64,000 bases of DNA, from positions 64,001 through 128,000 of the forward strand of contig OZ244905.1 in assembly GCA_965221695.1 (NCBI GenBank), written 5' to 3'. The position numbers were made by a program, and so were the translations under genes. The notes under the pieces are model-generated. The model made no database searches. It saw only the letters and a program-made list of their open reading frames with translations, and was not told the origin of the DNA. The stretch is from Gammaproteobacteria bacterium. Its GTDB lineage: Bacteria > Pseudomonadota > Gammaproteobacteria > Eutrophobiales > Eutrophobiaceae. Shown piece by piece: positions 28,702 through 38,171 of the stretch (its first letter is position 1; each line of letters opens with the position of its first letter).

Positions 28702-29865
28702 ATGGCCGCTGATGCCGACCTGAAGAACAGGGTCATAGTTGCCGCCAGCATCCTGATGGTGGGCATAGCAGGCAATGCTTTTACACCGTTTGCTCCTTCA
28801 ATCATCGGCGCCCTGGTCGATTATCTGGAATTCTCACTGGAAGCTGCCGGCAGGCTGACTTCGTTGGAGTTTGGCGCCACTTCATTAGGTACAGTTGTGT
28901 CCACGTTGTGCCTGCACCGTCCCGGATTAAATCTTAAACGGATTGCTTTTTTCTGTTTAGTCGCGCTCATCGTCTGTAACCTGTTAACTGTCTTCAGCTA
29001 CGCAAATATGGCTTTACTTGCCACTTGTCGTTTCGTATCGGGATTTGCTGCCGGTATTACCTGGTGCGCTGCCGCTGTCACTGTCACCAGGATAAAGGAT
29101 GTGGAACGCACCTCCGCCTTGCTTTATGGCTCGCCTTATTTCATGGGAGCCATGGGATTATCTTTCTTGCCTCTGATTTATCCGTACTATGGCGTCTCCG
29201 GCGCTTATTTCACGATTATCTTCATCTGCTCGCTTGCCGTACCTGTCCTGTTATTGTATTTCCCTGCAGGCGCCCATCCACAAGCAGCCGGTAACGCAGC
29301 AAATAAAAGTTTTTCGAGCCAGGAAATCTCATGGCTTGGACTTGGCATCCTGTTGCTGGCGTTATTCATCAATTATGCCGCAAATTCCGGCATCTGGTCT
29401 TATTTTGAACGACTGGGCGTTTCCTATGGACACACAGCTAAAACTGTAGGGCCTGTCGTGGGAGCAAGCCAACTGTTAGCGTTGGTTGGCGTATTTTGTG
29501 CGGCAGTACTCGGCGGGCGTGTTGGTGAAATTAAACCAATTCTCATCGGCACATTGTTGATAACGATGAGCACGCTTTTACTGTTATTCTCATCATCATT
29601 AACAATGTTTTTCTGTGCTATGGCCATTTTCAACTTTTCGATCACCTTTCTTACGCCTTATTACTTTGTGCTGCTGGGTCGTTTGACGCCTTCTGGCCGT
29701 GGGGTGCTCTGGGGAAACCTGGTTTTATGGTTGGGTTTCTCTTCCGGGCCAGCGCTGGTATCACTCGTGATCAAGAATGGCAATTTTGATTTGTCCATTA
29801 TCCTGACAATAGTTGGTTTTATCATCAGCGCGTTATTGATCCTGGCATTTACAGTCATAGATTAA
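28702..29865 (+). CDS. MFS transporter
   Basis: About 12 hydrophobic segments, WSYFERLG motif. Confidence 0.88.
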   Translation: MAADADLKNRVIVAASILMVGIAGNAFTPFAPSIIGALVDYLEFSLEAAGRLTSLEFGATSLGTVVSTLCLHRPGLNLKRIAFFCLVALIVCNLLTVFSYANMALLATCRFVSGFAAGITWCAAAVTVTRIKDVERTSALLYGSPYFMGAMGLSFLPLIYPYYGVSGAYFTIIFICSLAVPVLLLYFPAGAHPQAAGNAANKSFSSQEISWLGLGILLLALFINYAANSGIWSYFERLGVSYGHTAKTVGPVVGASQLLALVGVFCAAVLGGRVGEIKPILIGTLLITMSTLLLLFSSSLTMFFCAMAIFNFSITFLTPYYFVLLGRLTPSGRGVLWGNLVLWLGFSSGPALVSLVIKNGNFDLSIILTIVGFIISALLILAFTVID

Positions 29866-29912
29866 CGCAATCCGGGCCAGCCTTTATGATTTATGGAGCC
29901 TCTGAGACTTAA

Positions 29913-30063
29913 GGAACCTCTGATTAAGTCAGAGGTTCCTACGATACAAGGATGTATCGTCAATATCAATGACTGTAAGGCATTGATATTGTGAGGAAAA
30001 CAAAAATCGCATTTTTGTTTTCCGTACTCTGACAAGTCCAGGATGGACTTGTTCAGAGTTTCC
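29913..30063 (+). mobile_element. 151-bp MITE nested in a TIR-only palindrome
   Basis: TTAA-GGAACCTCTGA...TCAGAGTTTCC-TTAA; outer flanks GGAGCCTCTGAGAC and TCAGAGATTCT. Confidence 0.9.
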
Positions 30064-30078
30064 TTAATCAGAGATTCT

Positions 30079-31170
30079 TTATGTTAATCCTGCTATATCT
30101 TCAGGAATTACGCCAAGTTTACAAATCACTTTATCATCCAGGCAGACTGTTGGACGCATCAGTAATATATCCCAGTGAATATGGGATACGACAGGTTCAA
30201 GTTCGGAACCATGCCACATGCGCGTCAACAGACTGCTATCACCTATCCCGCAACAAACCGTGCCCCGTAATTTTTCAAATTCCTGGTGCTGGGTCAGCAT
30301 CGCTCTTGAATTGGTACCGAGGTTGAGGTGAACAGGACCATAACGCGCAGAATCATCGGGTTGAGCATTCAGCCAATTACTGAGACGATCTCGGAATAAT
30401 GCCTCGCCTTTGATATCTACAATCTTTCCATTGTCAAACGTTAATAATACAGGCGAGTTCGGTGTTTCATGGTCGTAGGCCGGCTCATACAAGAGAAATC
30501 CGTCAACAGCCATAACGCCTTTGCCCCTGCCTTTGGGTATAACGATCCCGGGAGCTGCCGGTGGCAACGACGCCCAGGTCCCCGTCCATTTCTTCAGGTC
30601 AGGATTCCATAAGAATTCATCCGATGAAATACCTTGTAATCCTTGTATGTCGAGTTCAAAATCCGTGCCTTCTTCCGATGTCATACGCAATGTTTCGGCC
30701 TTGCTAAACAAATCAGCGATATTCCAGGCTTCCTTGCGCAATGCGTGAATGTCTGCGTTCAGCATCGTCCGTATCAGTGTGTCCTCAAGATGGTGGCCGC
30801 CGGGACCATCACCCGGCGAGATAATCCGTGCGCCCCGCTCGACTGCTTGCGCCATGAACTCTGCATACCCCACTGCAAGGTCGACTATCAAGTCTGCTTC
30901 ACGGGCGGCTGCCACAACCATCGGGTTCCATTCATACCCGGGTTGTAATGACGGTGGAGGCGGCATCGCATTCTCGGAAACCGAGACCTGTGCTCCCAAA
31001 GTCATAGCCATACCCATGAACAGGGACACGACATGATGGGGTGTGCGCGAATCTGCTATGATCAATACCTTGGCGCCTGCTTGAAGGTTACACATGTCTC
31101 GGTAGATCTTATCGACTACCACGACAAATTCGGGTTTCAAGCCGGCGCTGACATCTGTCGTCTCAGCCAT
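30079..31170 (-). CDS. Peptidase M29-fold protein, NicX (2,5-dihydroxypyridine dioxygenase)-like
   Basis: KVLIIADSRT, EGTDFELDI, HLNLGTN, HWD; clear paralogue of 31671-32750. Confidence 0.7.
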   Translation of the reverse strand: MAETTDVSAGLKPEFVVVVDKIYRDMCNLQAGAKVLIIADSRTPHHVVSLFMGMAMTLGAQVSVSENAMPPPPSLQPGYEWNPMVVAAAREADLIVDLAVGYAEFMAQAVERGARIISPGDGPGGHHLEDTLIRTMLNADIHALRKEAWNIADLFSKAETLRMTSEEGTDFELDIQGLQGISSDEFLWNPDLKKWTGTWASLPPAAPGIVIPKGRGKGVMAVDGFLLYEPAYDHETPNSPVLLTFDNGKIVDIKGEALFRDRLSNWLNAQPDDSARYGPVHLNLGTNSRAMLTQHQEFEKLRGTVCCGIGDSSLLTRMWHGSELEPVVSHIHWDILLMRPTVCLDDKVICKLGVIPEDIAGLT

Positions 31171-31240
31171 GGATGCTATACTATCAGGATTGGATTAGCT
31201 GTCATATCATCAATCGACAACCTTCTCTATTTTATGTAAA

Positions 31241-31267
31241 AGAACATCTGATTAAGTCAGAGGTTCC
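31241..31267. repeat. 27-bp TIR-only mini element
   Basis: TAAA-AGAACATCTGATTAAGTCAGAGGTTCC-TAAA. Confidence 0.75.
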
Positions 31268-31344
31268 TAAATTTAAAAAACCGAAATTTGACTTTTCAAC
31301 AAACAGATGGAGAGATGTCGAAAATCAGGTTATGGTTGGCTTAG

Positions 31345-31495
31345 AGAACCTCTGATTAAGTCAGAGGTTCCTACGATACAAGGATGTATCGTCAATATCA
31401 ATGACTGTAAGGCATTGATATTGTGAGAAAAACAAAAATCGCATATTTGTTTTCCGTACTCTGACAAGTCCAGGATGGACTTGTTCAGAGTTTCC
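31345..31495 (+). mobile_element. 151-bp MITE
   Basis: Near-identical to 29913-30063 and 56029-56179; flanked by TTAG/TTAG. Confidence 0.9.
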
Positions 31496-31670
31496 TTAGA
31501 TACAAATTCGGTTTAGGTTGCGTTTTCATGACAACGAATAACTTGAGGATATCTTCTGCATAGGGAATCTCCGGGACAATGCAACCAGGCTGCGCAGCTT
31601 GAAATGGTTTATCAGTTCTGCGCCCCGTTCACCCTGTCCATCCATGTAAATACGAGAGGATTTACACATC

Positions 31671-32750
31671 ATGGCAGCTATTACCCCAGATAGTTCATCC
31701 AGGCTCAAACCGGATTTTATTGCTGTAGTCGACCTGATATACAAAGATTTTTGCAACTTGCAACCTGAACACAAAGTGTTGATTATCAGCGATGCCCGCA
31801 CACCGGACTATGTTGTTGCAACATTTCAGGGTCTGGCGCAAACACTGGGCGCAGAGGCCATCCGGATTGAATGTCGTATTCCCAAGGGAGGCGCAACGTA
31901 TCAACCCGGCTCACATTGGCCTTCCATGCTTGCGGCAGCAGCCTTGGAAGCAGACTTGATTATTGACATGGCGGTGGGTTATGCAGACTTCATAGTGGAA
32001 GCAATCAATAATGGGGCTCGCATCCTGTGTCCTGGAGATGGTATAGGCGGACCATTTATGGATGACGTTTTGATTAGAACCGTTCTGCATACCGATATCC
32101 ATGCGCTTAGTCGCCGCGCAGATAATATTGCAGAACGCTTTACCGAAGCAAAGCGTTGCACCGTACTTACCGGAGCTGATGAGTTCAGCCTTGACCTGTC
32201 GGGTCTTGAGGGCGCTGCTGGAGACGGTTTTCTCTGGGACCGGGACAAACAAGATTGGAAAACGCCATGGGCTTTTTTGCCTCCTGCACAACCAGGGGCG
32301 CTGGTTCCTATGGGGCGCGGTCATGGTACGATCAATGTCGACGGCACATTGCTGTATCATCCCGACTATCATGAAAAACCGGATATGCCTCTCCGTCTCA
32401 CCTTTGCTGCAGGACGCCTGGTAGACATAGGCGGCGATCCTGTTCTCGGCTCGCGTTTGGAACGCTGGCTGGAGGAGTTGGGTGATGACGGCGCCTACAA
32501 TGGTCCGGTACATTTTAATATTGGCATCAATCCCAACGCCCTGCTAACCCAGAGCCAGGAATGGGAACGAGTCTACGGTTCCATCACCTGTGGCATGGGC
32601 GATTTAAGCATGCTAAGTAGGATTGGAGATATAGATTTGGACCTGGCATTGAGCAAGTCTTCCGTACATTGGGACTGGACAGTCCTGCATCCAAAAATCC
32701 TGCTTGACGACTGTGTATTTGCGGAAAATGGAAGAATATTTTGCGAATGA
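31671..32750 (+). CDS. Peptidase M29-fold protein, NicX-like (paralogue 2)
   Basis: KVLIISDART, HFNIGINP, HWDW; paralogue of 30079-31170. Confidence 0.7.
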   Translation: MAAITPDSSSRLKPDFIAVVDLIYKDFCNLQPEHKVLIISDARTPDYVVATFQGLAQTLGAEAIRIECRIPKGGATYQPGSHWPSMLAAAALEADLIIDMAVGYADFIVEAINNGARILCPGDGIGGPFMDDVLIRTVLHTDIHALSRRADNIAERFTEAKRCTVLTGADEFSLDLSGLEGAAGDGFLWDRDKQDWKTPWAFLPPAQPGALVPMGRGHGTINVDGTLLYHPDYHEKPDMPLRLTFAAGRLVDIGGDPVLGSRLERWLEELGDDGAYNGPVHFNIGINPNALLTQSQEWERVYGSITCGMGDLSMLSRIGDIDLDLALSKSSVHWDWTVLHPKILLDDCVFAENGRIFCE

Positions 32751-33802
32751 ACAAGAAACGCTCTTTCAGCTTATTCATGGGATATGGTTCCGGTTTTAGT
32801 TTCCCTTATTATCAGACTGTTGCGATTGAAGCAGAACGACTCGGTTTCGAAACTATCTGGACCCAGGATAATATAACTGGTCACGCGCCAATTCCCAGGG
32901 ATATAGAAATACTCGACACCTGGCCTTTTCTGGCAGCCATCGCTGCCTGTACGACCGAAATCCACATGGGTTCCATGGCAACTCCAGCGCTGCGACGTTT
33001 TGCCCCACTGCTGGCAAAAACAATTGCAACCATTGACGTAATCTCCAACGGCCGCGTCAAAGTTGGCCTGGGAGCTGGAGATGACTGGCGTCAGTATGAC
33101 ATGATCGGCCAGCGTTTCCCGGAAGCAATTCAAGAAAGACGGCAAATACTGCAAGAAACTATCGCCGTCATGAAATGTCTCTGGGCGGAGGATTTGGCTA
33201 ATTTCAAGGGCGAACATTTTCAACTACACGATGCAATATTAAGCCCAAAACCCGTGCAAAAACCGAATCCTTGTATTTATCTCGCATGTAACACCAGCAA
33301 AAGACTCATGCCAAGGATGGCTGCGCAACACGGCGATGCGTTGGCGCTGATGTGGGGCCATGAAGAAACAGCGCGTATCGTAGTTGATGCGTTTCAGGAA
33401 GAATGGCTGGCTGCCGGCCGCAAAGTGGAAGACTATCGGGCTCTGCGGTCAGCCTATATTGTCTTTCGCAACGATGAAAACGAGGCAAAAGCGCGTAAAA
33501 ATGTACGTGAGATCACTTCTTTTCCCATCGATACGGAGCCCCAGACCGCTACCCAAGCAATAGTCCCTAAAGGCGCAGACGCAGACCTGGTTGTGTTTGG
33601 AAGGCCAGAAACTATCGCACAACAATTAGAACAGAGAGTGTTTGGCTTGGGATTTAATGAAATGATGTGCTCCTTTGTTGCCTGTGATGATGTCAAGGTC
33701 GATACCGGAGGATATTCCGGCTGGCCGGGGCGCTGGTTGGGGGGAATGCGCCTGTTTGCAGAAGTGGTAATGCCGCTCTTGCTCAAACCGTCACAATCTT
33801 GA
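32747..33802 (+). CDS. LLM class flavin-dependent oxidoreductase
   Basis: AERLGFETIW, LAKTIATIDVISNGR..GLGAG, F.GEHF, PKPVQKP; ATGA overlap with upstream gene. Confidence 0.9.
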   Translation: MNKKRSFSLFMGYGSGFSFPYYQTVAIEAERLGFETIWTQDNITGHAPIPRDIEILDTWPFLAAIAACTTEIHMGSMATPALRRFAPLLAKTIATIDVISNGRVKVGLGAGDDWRQYDMIGQRFPEAIQERRQILQETIAVMKCLWAEDLANFKGEHFQLHDAILSPKPVQKPNPCIYLACNTSKRLMPRMAAQHGDALALMWGHEETARIVVDAFQEEWLAAGRKVEDYRALRSAYIVFRNDENEAKARKNVREITSFPIDTEPQTATQAIVPKGADADLVVFGRPETIAQQLEQRVFGLGFNEMMCSFVACDDVKVDTGGYSGWPGRWLGGMRLFAEVVMPLLLKPSQS

Positions 33803-33812
33803 AGTAACAACT

Positions 33813-34541
33813 ATGAAGATCCGCATCATAACCCCGGTGATTACCCGGGAAATACTTGCTTATAGTGAACGCGAATTCGGCAGCTCTGCGCGCGTGGATA
33901 CGGAGTTGTCTCATGTTATTCTGGAACATGGCCCTGCTTCCATCGAAAGTGAATATGATGAAGCTTTGGCATTGCCGGATACCCTGCGACTGGTGAAACA
34001 AGCCCAGGCAGATGAAATTGATGCAGTGATAATCAACTGCGCATCCGACCCAGGTTTGGATGCTGCCAGGGAGCTTGTGTCGATACCGGTAATCGGTGTT
34101 GCACAGGCCGCTTTTTCTTTAGCTACAGTGTTAGCGCAAAAATTTTCCGTAATTGCCATTCTGGAACGGGATATTCCGGATCTTGACCGTATGTTCCGTT
34201 TGTACAGCTTGACTGACCGTATCGCCTCGGTACGAGTAATCAATATGCCGGTCCTTGATCTTGTAAATGAACGTGATAAAACAGTCGACGCCATGACTGA
34301 AGCCGCATTGACCGCATTGAAAGAAGATCGTGCCGAAGCCATCACGTTTGACTGCACAGGTTTGAGCAGTATGGTCAAAGAACTACAGGCAAAATTGCGC
34401 ACAGCAGGCTTTGACGTGCCGGTCATCGACCCCGTGGCTGCAGCGATGAAACTGGCAGAGAGCCTGGTCGACTTGGGGTTGTGTCACAGTAAACTGACTT
34501 ACCCGGACCCACCAGATAAAAAAATTATCCCGCCCTGGTGA
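33813..34541 (+). CDS. Asp/Glu/hydantoin racemase family protein
   Basis: GPASIE, IINCASDPGLDAARE, DCTG (two catalytic Cys), PVIDPV. Confidence 0.9.
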   Translation: MKIRIITPVITREILAYSEREFGSSARVDTELSHVILEHGPASIESEYDEALALPDTLRLVKQAQADEIDAVIINCASDPGLDAARELVSIPVIGVAQAAFSLATVLAQKFSVIAILERDIPDLDRMFRLYSLTDRIASVRVINMPVLDLVNERDKTVDAMTEAALTALKEDRAEAITFDCTGLSSMVKELQAKLRTAGFDVPVIDPVAAAMKLAESLVDLGLCHSKLTYPDPPDKKIIPPW

Positions 34542-34568
34542 GCCGTTCTTCCTTAACGAGGTCGACAA

Positions 34569-35285
34569 GTGAAGATCTGTGTGGTTTTACCCACATCCAA
34601 TACTGAAGATATCACTCACAGGCAAAACGCTTACCAAAGGCTGGCGCAAGCTGATACAGAAATATCTGTCAGAACACTTGATAAACGGGCGCCGCCTGAA
34701 GCCGATCCAAGCGATAGTTTCATCTTGCCTGAGATATTGCGCCAGGTTGTTGCAGCCAACGATACAGGTATGGATGCAGTAATAATTGACTGTATGGAAG
34801 ATCCTGGTGTGGAAGAAGCACGGCGTCTGGTAGATATCCCGGTAATTGGCCCAGGCCAGGAAGCTATGCGACTGGCAGCAATATTAGGCTGCCGATTTTC
34901 TATACTCTATCCGTTGCGGCAAACAGTCTTGATTGAACGACTTGTAAAACAGCGCCAACTCACATCAATGCTGGCCTCAATCAGACACATACCCGGTGGC
35001 ATGGATGGCATACATTCTAGCCCTGAAACAACCCTGGAGCGCCTGGTCGTTACAGCGATAGCAGCAATCAGGGAAGACGGCGCTCATGTAATCGTGCCAG
35101 CCTGCACCCTGTTATCCGACATCACGGAAAAACTGCAAGAACAACTACACGAGCTGGGTTTTATGGCGCCGGTCGTTGATGGCCCGTCCGCAGCCATAAA
35201 ACTCGCTGAGAGTTTATCGGATTTGGGTCTGTCGCCAAGTCGTATCAGCTATCCTCCAGCCTTGGGAATCTCGCGCCCGATTTAA
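34569..35285 (+). CDS. Asp/Glu/hydantoin racemase family protein (paralogue 2)
   Basis: IIDCMEDPGVEEARR, PACTLL, PVVDG. Confidence 0.87.
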   Translation: MKICVVLPTSNTEDITHRQNAYQRLAQADTEISVRTLDKRAPPEADPSDSFILPEILRQVVAANDTGMDAVIIDCMEDPGVEEARRLVDIPVIGPGQEAMRLAAILGCRFSILYPLRQTVLIERLVKQRQLTSMLASIRHIPGGMDGIHSSPETTLERLVVTAIAAIREDGAHVIVPACTLLSDITEKLQEQLHELGFMAPVVDGPSAAIKLAESLSDLGLSPSRISYPPALGISRPI

Positions 35286-35333
35286 TCACCACCTATTAAA
35301 TACCAACTAATTCCACAACGTTATAATCTTACA

Positions 35334-36539
35334 GTGACACTCATTTCAACTGACGCCACTTCTACCACGACCGGAATCGATCGTGTATCTGTCATGGTGT
35401 CTGCTGCTATTTTGTTCGCAATTTCCGTCATGCCTGGTGCAGTCGCCCCAGGTATCGTTGGTTCGGCAGCAACATCGCTGCAGTTGTCCGAATCACAACT
35501 GGGAATTTTTATCGGGTTGTACTCCGCAGGATTTGGGATAACGGGCGCCAGCGCCTACTTGTGGATCAGGGAAATAAACTGGCGAATTGTCAGCGCCGTT
35601 GGCGTAACGTTAATGGGTCTCACCTTTATTCTTATGGGTATGGTGGAAAACTACACTACACTGCTTATTTTAATGTTTATTAACGGAACAGGCAGTGGCT
35701 TGTTCGGCGCGCCATCCATCACTATTCTGGGTGACGGCGCCAAACCTGAAAACGGTTTCAGCGCCATGATAGTTTTCTCGGTAAGCGGGGCAGCGTTGTT
35801 ATTGTTTCTATTCCCATGGGCGGATACTAAAGCCGGTTTTACCGGAGTTATGTGCCTGATGGCAATTACCACTCTTGCAGCATTGTCATTAATTCCATGC
35901 ATCCCCGTCAATAACAAAAAACAGTCAGCGCCAGCAAATAAGGGTAGCCATAACAGTTTAACAGGCACGGCAGCAGACCGAAGTAATATTTCTCAACCAT
36001 TGTTAGTCCATTTTGTCATGGTTCTGTTTGTAGTGGGTTTTATAGGCATGTGGACTTTCTTTGAAAGGATTGCCCATTACGCTCAACTTTCTCCTGTTAC
36101 TACAGGACAGACCCTGGCAATCGGCACTTTGTTCGGGGCAATCGGCGCTCCGGTTGCTGCTTTCATGCGCCACCGTATCCCTATGTATTACTGTTACATT
36201 ATTACGATTATCTGTATTGTTATTACCCTGTTGCTGCTGGATTTGGCTACTCTGACAGACTTGATTTACCTGGCGCTCGTCTGTTCATTCCAGTTTTGGA
36301 TCAATTCCGGATTTTGTCTGATCATGGCGTTGACTGCGGAGGTTGACAAGATTGGTCGTTTCGTCGCCTTGATTCCGGCAAGTGAATCTGCAGGCGCTTT
36401 TATCGGACCGATAATTACCGGGATCAGTCTCGAAAATTGGGGAGTCAGGGTAATGATTACTATCATTATCCTGGTTTTTATTCTTGGCGCTTGTGTATTT
36501 ACCTTCGTAGACCGCAAAGACCTCAAAAACAAAAAATAA
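35334..36539 (+). CDS. MFS transporter
   Basis: About 12 TM segments, WTFFERI motif, same type as 28702. Confidence 0.88.
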   Translation: MTLISTDATSTTTGIDRVSVMVSAAILFAISVMPGAVAPGIVGSAATSLQLSESQLGIFIGLYSAGFGITGASAYLWIREINWRIVSAVGVTLMGLTFILMGMVENYTTLLILMFINGTGSGLFGAPSITILGDGAKPENGFSAMIVFSVSGAALLLFLFPWADTKAGFTGVMCLMAITTLAALSLIPCIPVNNKKQSAPANKGSHNSLTGTAADRSNISQPLLVHFVMVLFVVGFIGMWTFFERIAHYAQLSPVTTGQTLAIGTLFGAIGAPVAAFMRHRIPMYYCYIITIICIVITLLLLDLATLTDLIYLALVCSFQFWINSGFCLIMALTAEVDKIGRFVALIPASESAGAFIGPIITGISLENWGVRVMITIIILVFILGACVFTFVDRKDLKNKK

Positions 36540-36606
36540 AGCATATAGAGTGGGACGGCTAGCACAGTTCTGCTACAGTTAACGCTACAGTATCCAGGAA
36601 TTTGTT

Positions 36607-37851
36607 GTGGAGAGATATTCTTTTCCTAAAATTGCCTACCATGCGCTCAGGGGACATAAGCGCTGGAAGCCGGCCTGGCGTACGCCGGAGCCGAAGAAAT
36701 CCTATGATGTAATCATTATCGGCGGCGGCGGGCATGGACTTGCCACGGCCTATTACCTGGCAAAAAAGCACGGTGTCTCAAATATCGCGGTACTGGAACG
36801 CGGTTGGATCGGCGGCGGCAACAGCGGTCGCAATACCCAGGTGACCCGGTCGAACTATTTCTATCCGGAGAGCGCCGCTTTTTTTGAGCATTCCCTGAAA
36901 TTGTATGAAACCATGAGCCGCGACCTGAATATCAACGTGATGTTCAGCCAACGCGGGGTGCTGAATCTTGCCCATAGCGATCATGATATGGAGATGTTGA
37001 CACGCTGGACCAATGCCATCCAGCTTAACGGTATCGATTCCGAGATGCTCACAGCGCAGCAAATCAAGGAGCTCGAGCCGCTCATGGACATTAATGCGCG
37101 TTTTCCTATCGCCGGTGGATTTATACAGTGGCGCGGTGGTATCTCGCGGCACGATGCAGTCAACTGGGGTTATGCTCGCGCCGCCGACGCCCTGGGTGTG
37201 GATATTATCCAGAACTGTACCGTGACCGGCTTGAAAATCAGCCACGGCATGATTACCGGCGTTGATACTTCACTGGGAGATATTTCGGCGGAAAAAGTAC
37301 ATGTCACGGTAGCCGGCCACACCAGTGTGCTAGCGAAAATGGCGGGTATCCGCCTGCCGTTGACCAGCATGGCGTTACAGGCCATGGTATCGGAGCCGAT
37401 TAAACCGGCGCTTAACCTGGTGACTGTGTCCGGCGCGATACACATGTATGTGAGCCAGTCCGATCGCGGCGAGATAGTCCTGGGCGCCGGCGCCGACATA
37501 TATAATTCCTATGCGCAGCGCGGCGGCTACGATAACATCGAATCCTGTATCGCGGCATTCCTGACCCTGTATCCCCGTTTCAGCCGCTTGAAACTCATGC
37601 GCCAGTGGGCCGGTATCGTGGATATCACGCCGGATACCAGCCCCATCATGGGTATGACTCCCGTGCAAAACCTGTATATCAACTGTGGCTGGGGGACCGG
37701 TGGTTACAAGGCCATACCGGCCAGCGGTGACACCATGGCTTATACCATCGTTAAAGACCAGCCGCACGCGCTGATTACGCCATTCTCCCTGGATCGTTTT
37801 CAAACCGGCGCGCTGGTGGATGAATCGGCGGCGGCAGGCGTCGCGCATTAA
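36607..37851 (+). CDS. soxB: Sarcosine oxidase family subunit beta
   Basis: GGGGHGLATAYYLA, GGGNSGRNT, RHDAVNWGYA, GWGTGGYK, AAGVAH. Confidence 0.93.
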   Translation: MERYSFPKIAYHALRGHKRWKPAWRTPEPKKSYDVIIIGGGGHGLATAYYLAKKHGVSNIAVLERGWIGGGNSGRNTQVTRSNYFYPESAAFFEHSLKLYETMSRDLNINVMFSQRGVLNLAHSDHDMEMLTRWTNAIQLNGIDSEMLTAQQIKELEPLMDINARFPIAGGFIQWRGGISRHDAVNWGYARAADALGVDIIQNCTVTGLKISHGMITGVDTSLGDISAEKVHVTVAGHTSVLAKMAGIRLPLTSMALQAMVSEPIKPALNLVTVSGAIHMYVSQSDRGEIVLGAGADIYNSYAQRGGYDNIESCIAAFLTLYPRFSRLKLMRQWAGIVDITPDTSPIMGMTPVQNLYINCGWGTGGYKAIPASGDTMAYTIVKDQPHALITPFSLDRFQTGALVDESAAAGVAH

Positions 37852-37877
37852 ACCGGATAGTCCACGAGACAGGCGCA

Positions 37878-38171
37878 ATGCTGCGAATCTCCTGCCCAAT
37901 TTGTGGTGAACGCGACGAAAATGAGTTTGTCTTCGGCGGTCAGGCTCATATCGCCCGGCCTGAACCTGCGGAGCAGGTATCTGACCGCGAGTGGGCTGAA
38001 TATCTTTTTTTCCGGGACAACCCCAAAGGCGTGCATTTCGAACGCTGGCAACACCGCTACGGCTGCCGGCAGTGGTTCAGTGTTGCCCGTCATACCGTAA
38101 GCCATGAGATCCTGGCCGTGTATCGTCTCGATGAAGCGCCTCCGGAGATAGGCCGGGAAGAAACGGTATGA
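37878..38171 (+). CDS. soxD: Sarcosine oxidase subunit delta
   Basis: CPICGERDENEF...NPKG...ERWQHRYGC. Confidence 0.93.
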   Translation: MLRISCPICGERDENEFVFGGQAHIARPEPAEQVSDREWAEYLFFRDNPKGVHFERWQHRYGCRQWFSVARHTVSHEILAVYRLDEAPPEIGREETV

